A stretch of 64,000 bases of DNA from Chrysomallon squamiferum. Lineage: Eukaryota; Animalia; Mollusca. The position numbers and the translations under genes were made by a program. Location of the stretch: positions 24,614,001 to 24,678,000 of the forward strand of contig CM022672.1 of assembly GCA_012295275.1 (NCBI GenBank). Direction: 5' to 3'. The notes below the pieces were generated by a model. It saw only the letters and a program-made list of their open reading frames with translations, was not told where the DNA came from and searched no databases. This document shows, one piece after another, positions 55,901 to 64,000 of the stretch. The stretch's first letter is position 1, and each line of letters begins with the position of its first letter.

Positions 55901-56434
55901 ATGCTGGAAAAAGAAAAACATTCTGTGAAAAATGATGATTGCATGGCTGTTCAGATAGGTGAAAAAATTAAAATGCCTGCTAGTTCTGATGGAGCTGGAG
56001 CAATCCAGAAAACAAGAACCCGCTCAGGAACAAAGCAGTCTGGAAAACACAAAGTGCATTCATCTAAATGTATGCATGATGATGACTTTACTTCACATGA
56101 TTCAGTGATTGTTACCAAAGCAAGATCGCAGAGACAAGATAGTAGTAGGAAAGTGGAAAGGTCAAAATCAGAGATGACAGGAAACACAAGAACGAGAAGT
56201 AGACAAGGTTATGGTCAGAATGAAAGGCCGAGATCAAAAGAGAACTGTAAAAGTGACTCTATTAGTGATGAACGATGTCAACATAGCCCATCCTTCAGCC
56301 CCAGCCCTAAGAATATGCAAAATGTAGGTTCTAAGACGATTATTACAACCAGTGACAGTCATTGTGAGCAAGAGCATTCTCAAGAATCTGAGAAACATGA
56401 TAGCCTTGACATTTCATCTTCACCAGTGTTTTAG
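49939..56434 (+). CDS. ABRAXAS1: Abraxas/FAM175 family MPN- scaffold (BRCA1-A complex subunit Abraxas 1-like), 599 aa. Exons: 49939-50010, 50389-50479, 50936-51039, 51974-52179, 52725-52853, 54592-54676, 54908-55187, 55602-56434
   Basis: MAAHGSGAVFASLFF..DQ|EGFLLG..ISDSQI, VIGWYKFRRNS, ATHTYD and ILNLGDT match Abraxas/ABRO1. A coiled-coil-like region and long disordered tail follow, ending in C-terminal SPVF-stop (pS-P-x-F BRCT ligand). Exon phases chain to 1800 nt. ABRAXAS1 versus ABRAXAS2 orthology is inferred only from the tail. Confidence 0.9.
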
Positions 56435-58129
56435 ATCCTAACTAAATATTAGTTACTGAGTGGAAGGTTAAAATTTAAAACAGAAATAGTCAACATTTAG
56501 ATATATTTCAAAATAGACAAAATAGACATCAATTTGGTCATATTTGGTATGCCCATCAGTACTGATACACATGCCAAATGAGAAAGAATAAGAAAGTGAA
56601 GTCACAATAACATATACACAAAAATTACTTATTTAAATATAATGAAAAGATTTTCTTTTGTTATCATGTGCAGCTATCTTCGTGGAAAACACTGAATCCT
56701 TTTATATATCGATTATGAAATACCAATTGTTAGGGAAGAAGTTAGATAAAAAAAATAAAAATAAAAAAAATGTTTTTTTTATTTTTTATCTTTGTCTCTA
56801 CCCTGTTAGTTTTTCATTTCTATATTAAAAGCGACTTAAGAATCACAGAAAGAAGAAAATCATGTTCTCTGTTAAATACTTCTGATTAGATATAGTCAAG
56901 CTTTATAAGTAGCAAAGATTAGTTTAAAATTACTAAACAGTGTTTTAGAAGAATACAAACAATATACCTCCAAAGGTATTTTTAAACAACTGAGAAATAT
57001 CTTAATGTCTTGTTAAATATGAAAACACCATTATTGGCCTATCCAGTTACATAAGCGTTTACCATAATATTGCTGGCGTGATTTATTTTAATTAAAATTT
57101 TGTGCATATTTGAGAATTGATCTGGCATTTATAATTTTCTGATAATCAATATGGATGTTAAAAAAGGTATATAAACAAACTAAAAAGCATTCTCAAAAAA
57201 TTATTTAAAAATTATTAAATGCATGTGAAAAGGATAAACCTTTGAATATGACATTCACAACAAATTTGATTTAAAACATTTTGAAATTGTCTTGAGTTAA
57301 TTTTTGCAGTGATGCTAAATTAGTTTATAAATTATTTTGCATAATGTATTCACTTGCTGTGTCTTCATAAGAATTGAAAATGTGTTCAGTGTATTGCTTT
57401 AACAAAATATGAAAATAATGGTAGTGATACAACATTTACAAATATTTTTGAAGTCTGTTGTGTAACTTCATCTTACACTGAGATTATATCCATAGCTTAT
57501 TAGATTTAAACATAATGCTAGTTTTCATATTGTCATTTATGTTTAATACATCTATGTAAATTTTGATATATTCTTGTATATATAGTTTAATACTCGTGAT
57601 ACTAAAATTATTTGTATAATTTTCAAATTATATTAATTACTGGCAGAATTTAGTGTGTATTGTTGTGTGTGTATATGTGTATACTTGTATTATATCTATT
57701 TTGTTTGCAGTTTCTTAATTTTAATAAAACTTTTGACATAATAAATGTCATTTAGATACAATATATCACATTTCAAAACTGATTGCATCAGTTTTTATTT
57801 TTGTGCCACAAACACGTGTCATATTGCTATCTGCGTAATGTAATGCACATATAGATAAACGAACATTTAATGCGTTTGAAAGTTCGATTAAATGAATACA
57901 TGAGCAAAAGGGGAGTCACGAATTGATGAAAACCGAAAAGATGAAACCGTAAATGGTTAAAAATAATATTTTAATATTTTAACACATGAAATACTTAAAG
58001 TACTAATCATTTTTATTATTAACTATTATAATTTTTCAAAATAATAATAATAAAAAAGTATTCGGTTTGTTCATAGCAAACTGAAAATTATTATGGTAGC
58101 CAAGATTAAAGCGACGTTTCTCAAGCCCC

Positions 58130-58550
58130 ATACTATGACGTACGGAAGTAACGTGCCACTTCTTTTCTATAAGAAGATTACGGAAGATTAAAAGAAAAAC
58201 ATTTTATTAAAAAATAAGAAAAGAGAAAGATACATATATGCATACGATTATATAGTTTAAACCTATTGAATTTTTAGTCCACTTACTCCGAAGCCCATTG
58301 AATACGGTTAAATTACTTGTCTACATGCTTAACAATTATTGGCTACATACGATGACGTTAATCTCATGACGACGGACTGTCGGGAGGAATCATAACGACA
58401 AAAGTGAAACGTTTTCGTGCTGTGTCAACCTAATTTCAGTAAATACGGTAAATATTTTAGCGATTAATAATTGAAAAATGAAAAAGAAATTTTCATTTAA
58501 GTTAAGAAATATAAATAAAAGAAATTTCTTCGCAGTGTCCGCCATTAAGA
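58130..58550. promoter_or_regulatory. CpG-enriched promoter-like region
   Basis: atgacgtacggaagt (CRE half-site + ETS) ~58135-58150, further TGACG sites, possible donor ACG|gtaaat ~58447 and YY1-like ccgccatt ~58539. Confidence 0.35.
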
Positions 58551-60634
58551 ATAATAAACATTCAATATAATAGCAGTAATGAACGTTATTAAAATAAGTA
58601 ATTATTTTAATTAAGTAATATGGATTTTTTTTATTATTATTATTAATTGTTGTTTTTTTGAGTACATAAATTATTTATATTTCGAATGATATTACCAGAG
58701 ATTAATAGTTAATCTATTCATTTGCAGAGAAGGACATAAAGACCCGTGTCCAAAATTATCCCACTGTTTTGTCCTTTGTGGGAGAATTTGAGTCATATCC
58801 CCATGTATTTCTAGAACAAAACATACGTTCTATCTTTGAGAAGCACTTGCATCATTTGCAATTATAATAAATATTCCCGACTATTTTATTTCAGATATTA
58901 GGTTGTTGATCATTTGTTACAGGAACTTTCAATAATTTCATTCTATGATGAATGAGAAATAAATAACAATTACTGGTACTTGCTACTCTTATGTATAAAA
59001 TGTTTCCACTAAACAGAGCTCAGTTACATAGTTATGTAAAAGTTGTTTCCTTGTTTCCAAAAGTTAAAGCCACTGATAGAAAATACATGCAGATTGTTCT
59101 GATTTTATTTGGACCAAAATGGAAAACAATATGCAACATTTCTTTTCACAGAATATTCTAAATATTTACAGTTATAGATGCAATATAATTGCAACGAACG
59201 TTTCTTCAAGTCGCACTTTTATATGGATATCGCGTTAACGTTTTTAGCTGCGTTGGACCATAAATGTATTAGTATGTGTCCAAAATCTACAACTATTTGC
59301 GCATAGCTACAGTCGAAACTACATTTGGATAGTCAGTCCATGGTCTTGGTTTCCGATGCTTTATACGTTTAAATTCTTGAACATGATGTTCAGTACAAGT
59401 AATAGGCTGTTGTATAAATTTGCTGTTTTACCGCAAAAAATTGGTACACAATCGACTCTAACTCGAATCAATGTAGATCCAAATTAAATGGTTCAAATTT
59501 CTCCATTAATAAATTCTGGTTGATGCATAGAATCAAGTTACATAAGTAATAAAGTTATAAGCATGCCTATTATAAAATAAAAGTTAAAACGAAATTGTGT
59601 TTATACATAGCCACAAAGTGTAATGTGGATGATACTGATGAAAATATTTAAATGAATGTTTAAGGTAATGACCGCTTCCTTTCGATAATTTTTATAAGAC
59701 GTCGATCCGCGACCACAGAGAAACCGAAAACCTGAATAGAATGGAAAATATTGAAAAAGGAGGTAAAAGTCTTGCATAACCTCTGTGTCATCAATATTCA
59801 CACAGCAAGAAACGCTTTAGATAGCTGTGAGAAATACTTTGATAAAACCCCTCTTCTAGAGCTGGTGGGTAAAACTAGATTACGTCATGGCACAATAGCT
59901 AACCGCGATGATCGAGAATATTTACATATCACTATGATATAGCCACGATGATATTGTATCTGCTGGCCAATTATAAATAAATCCGGATTATTACTAGCAT
60001 TCGCCTGTCTCACTGGATAATTATCATTAATTTTTAAAGTTCCAACTTGCAGACAGTGCTTGAAACTTGATACACAATACGGTAGCTATGTTACTTTCAA
60101 AATTTTAAACTTTGTGTTACTAATATAGTGAGTTTAAGAAATTTAACGAAGTAAGGTGTTTTTATTAAATGAAATTTAACAACAATCAAAAATTTATTTT
60201 TATAAAATAAAAATTGTTTTATTCAAATGAAAATTATGCCTCTGAAACTGAACTCTATTCTTGAAATAGAATGCAGTTATACAGTATACTTCATACGTTT
60301 TAAGACGATTCGTTTATCGTTTACTTTCTGCAATTTATTTATTTATTTATTTATTTATAGCTTTACAGTGGTCTAAAAACTTTTGTTTTATAAAGAGTAT
60401 TAATGTGTATTTGTGGCGGTACGAATAAATAGTCTAACATATTTTCGTTCATAACGAAGTATGACAAAATATTACTGTTATTGGTGCCGTGACGTCATCG
60501 TGTATGTGCCGGACTCGTGGTTGTATTTTTCTGACCACAATGCACTAAACAAATAAAACCCAACTTTAATTATGCAGAACATATTTCAACTTTTTCTTCG
60601 TATCATTACTCATTTATCATTATAACAATCGTCA

Positions 60635-60636
<2 letters not shown>

Positions 60637-60695
<59 letters not shown>
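60637..60695. repeat. (TAT)n microsatellite
   Basis: Direct reading. One of many AT, AC, AG and AAT runs, e.g. 20983-21045, 22853-22905, 63097-63154. Confidence 0.95.
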
Positions 60696-60697
<2 letters not shown>

Positions 60698-61199
60698 TTT
60701 TTCATCCATGATCATTGTAATTCCGATATAAATTTAATATTTTCCCAATTTTTTTCAGTGAGAATAAAATGTGCAACCTTGGACCTGAAGAGCTATAAGT
60801 GTGATGACACATGTCGTTGTTAAGTGACTAAATATACTATAATATATCATTCCCGAACAACCGGCCGTTATAGAAAAAACCCACAAAAAACAACAAAAAC
60901 CCCAGATCTTTTTGTTGTCAATCTTGTACACAGAAGTCATCGAGAATATATGTCTACAATACAAAACGGTTTAGCATAATAAATAAACTGGAATTTTTAT
61001 GTCTGACTGCTCGATCTCCTTGGAAGTGTACAGTCTTAAGATAAACCCATGGCTGGATAATCCCCTTGCTGAAACAGCTTTGGAAAAGTATACTCGGCAC
61101 AGCTTATATATTAATACAGAAGGTCTCATGTTAACAAGTAACACCTATATCAAACTTAGTATATTGTAACACAAACCCTGAGGGTCTTACAACGACAAC

Positions 61200-61220
61200 A
61201 TGTCTAAACCAAAGGGAAAG
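61200..61220 (+). CDS. Candidate short first coding exon MSKPKGK of an unidentified downstream gene
   Basis: aacATGTCTAAACCAAAGGGAAAG|gtaaac, phase 0, preceded by ~200 nt of UTR-like balanced-composition sequence. Confidence 0.4.
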
Positions 61221-62377
61221 GTAAACTGTGTAGATTTTTCTTTATCTGAATTTACTAAATGTAATATCCTTCATTTTATATTGTTCAGACAAATAAATAA
61301 ATAAATGTATAATAATAATAAAGAAAGAAAAAAAAAAAAAAAAAAAAAAAAAAAGAAAGAAAACCCACGAAAAATGACTTTAAAAATTGTCAGCTTGATA
61401 GTTTAACATCGATTTCCCATTTTTAAACAGTATTAATATTTATTTTTAGCAAGCTTTTTCTAAATGGAGTTTACTGAAATTGATTAAGAACAATATTATT
61501 TATTTTTCCACCTTATATATCTGTTTTTTAAGTAACATAAATCTTAACATTACTTGTAATTTAAACTGTCCAACAATAAACATGAACAGTGTCAGTCATT
61601 CAAAAATATATATAAACATCTATGAGTATAAAACAATGAATACATGTTGAGTTCTAGCTTTGTATTTTCATGGCTAAATGTTTGAAAAGTAATACAAAAT
61701 TAATAAGTAAATACAGTGTTGAATGTAATTATGCAGTTATGATCTTCAGAAAAAGAAATGTATAACTTTAAAATTTAAGTTATTTTATGAGATTAACAAA
61801 TAGTTTTCCAATAAATATTATCGATATCTAAAACCGATTTTTTTTTTTGCTATTTCAGTATTTATTTATTTACTTTTTTATTTTATTTTATTATTATTAT
61901 TTTTTAATAAATTTTTATCAATGTATCTAATATTACTGTATAATGATGGTATTTTTGTATATTTAGATTTTTCAACATCAAAAATTAATCTGCGCTTCTC
62001 AGTATCATTCGTAATGTCCAGTAGAGAAAAAACAATTATAAAAACTTGTATTAGTCGTATGCTTCAAATAAATATTTTATAATAATAAATGTTTTTAATA
62101 TTTTGTTAATTATTTCAGAGATCAAGAGGAGGGAAACAAAAGGTGAGTCCTTTTCTTTTTGTTTATTAAGAATTACGTACATATTTATCACTAAATAAAT
62201 AAGGCAGAAAATAACTAACATGATGTAAATAAAATAGAAACAAAACAAAAAATACTTTTTAATTATATATAATGGTCTTGGCAGCAGTTTTAAACACTGA
62301 CATTGTAATTAATCAATTTTCTAAATAATATTATAATTTAATAATTTATATGAAACATAACCGCTGTGCGTATATTT

Positions 62378-62428
<51 letters not shown>

Positions 62429-62937
62429 GAAAGTTTATTATTGACTATCAACAATGTGCAAATAAGATCAATTGAAATTTACGTAGTCGCCAGCAGTGTT
62501 TCCTTTATGAAAATAAACTTTAAAAATAAAATACATGTGCATAAACATGTTAAGATTAATTTGACAATGAAAGAATAAATGCGAAATAGTGGTGGTTACT
62601 AAATTTCATACTGAAATATGTTATTATATTCACATATTTTCTAAATTATGTTAGAAATTAATATCAGTCGGTCCAGTATCTAATATATTGCAGCATCAAG
62701 TTAAAACTGAAAAAGATTTTCAAGTAATCGTTAAGATCGGGTTCTTTTACAGACACGGCTATTCTTTGATAAGTGTAGATTGCATTAATAATATGATGAT
62801 TAATACAGTTTTATTGGATTACACATATTTCTTTGGCTATCAGTCCCAAAACTGCAGTGTTTGCATGTGTCATGCTTGTGCACTAAACACTCAGTATTTG
62901 AGTAGTTTTAATCAATGTAAAAAAAAAAAAAAAAAAA

Positions 62938-62969
<32 letters not shown>

Positions 62970-63095
62970 TAATAATGAAAAAAATAAATAAATAAAAATA
63001 ATACAAATGTCGATAATATAATGAAACTGTAGAAATTTATTGTTCGAAATTCATGAACTGATCTCGTCTTTTTAGAGTTAGAAAACCAAAACAAC

Positions 63096-63159
<64 letters not shown>

Positions 63160-63413
63160 CTAAATTACAACATTTACAAAAATAATCATTTAAATATTTC
63201 AGTAACTACAGATTTTTGTGATAAATTGATCTGAAATATACACTTATTATTGTTGTGAAGAAAAAGATATTTTATTATTAATGGTGCTGCTACTGCTACT
63301 AATAAAATTGTATTAATTCCAAACAAAAAAAATGATCGACTCTGAACAACCTGTTTATTCTGCAAGAGTTATTGCCCTGAGCTCATTCTCCTTTGTTGTC
63401 ACTGACAACAAAT

Positions 63414-63530
63414 ATGTCGGGTAAAGGTAGTCAGTCAAGATTATCGGGACGATCTAGCAAACCAGGAGCTCAGTTATCACCTTCTAAAGGCGATTCTAAG
63501 ACAATGTCCCCAAAGAAACGAGTGACTGTG
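63414..63530 (+). CDS. Probable first coding exon (MSGKGSQSRLSGRSSKPGAQLSPSKGDSKTMSPKKRVTV) of an unidentified gene continuing beyond the window
   Basis: GC-richer open frame with S/K/G-rich disordered-type peptide, aatATG start, donor GTG|gtagga in phase 0. No recognisable domain. Confidence 0.55.
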
Positions 63531-64000
63531 GTAGGACGTTTAAAACAGTGTGTAGAACGTCATGTTTTCAGATCTGTTTTTTAATCATTTTTTTGGTAGT
63601 ACCATTTGGCATTTATTATAAAAACATAAATAAACACAGTCATAACAATGTTGTTAATTTTCATATTATACTGAAAGCCTTTCTCTCACAGTAGAAAATT
63701 AAAGATATGAAAATTATTATTATAATAGTTTATTTATTCTAAATTTTAATTATAGCATTAAAATAACCTGCAAATGCAAAACGTTTCGTAAGAGTTTTCC
63801 CCCCATCTTGCGGAGCCTTTTGTAATTTTTCTTTAATACTGGAATTTTATTTCTTATTGAAAGATAAAATGCCTAATAAAAAAAGTACTATAAAATCTGC
63901 AGGCATAAGCCGATAATAACCATCAGAAAAGCTATACACACAAAACAAAATGCTTTATGAAAGAATAATAAACAGACGAATATATTTTATGACACCACAA

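Noticed and set aside
59300-59500. tacagtcga / tcgactctaactcgaa fragments resembling Tigger-type TIRs
   Set aside because: No partner inverted end or TSD found. Too degraded to call.

Overview
AT-rich, microsatellite-rich, intron-containing animal genomic DNA. It looks like an invertebrate, possibly a mollusc, but that is an inference from composition and gene style only. I reconstructed four genes by hand from splice sites and reading-frame continuity. (1) RO60/TROVE2 on + (4007-6122), with a one-exon TROVE+vWA body and an acidic FFAT-like N-terminus. (2,3) Two tandem ~50-kDa hexokinase paralogs on - (HK-A core 11754-15397; HK-B core 27415-31946) with identical intron positions and phases. 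(4) An Abraxas/FAM175 gene on + (49939-56434, 599 aa, ending in the BRCT-binding motif SPVF), head-to-head with the most distal candidate HK-B first exon. Candidate first exons of a further + gene appear at the window end. The most striking pattern is upstream of each hexokinase core: an array of short ATG-started exons that all end at phase-0 donors matching the phase-0 acceptor of core exon 2. They encode very different N-termini: myristoylation/palmitoylation-like MGSCQS (with a GC donor), polybasic, long hydrophobic, NLS-like and short acidic. This suggests a promoter-switched 'address cassette' for sending hexokinase to different compartments. Also present: a Tc1/mariner-type MITE nested in a ~300-bp inverted repeat, a 61-bp inverted repeat pair, and an exact 41-bp inverted copy of Abraxas exon 3. 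No transcript data or database searches were available, so all gene models are predictions.
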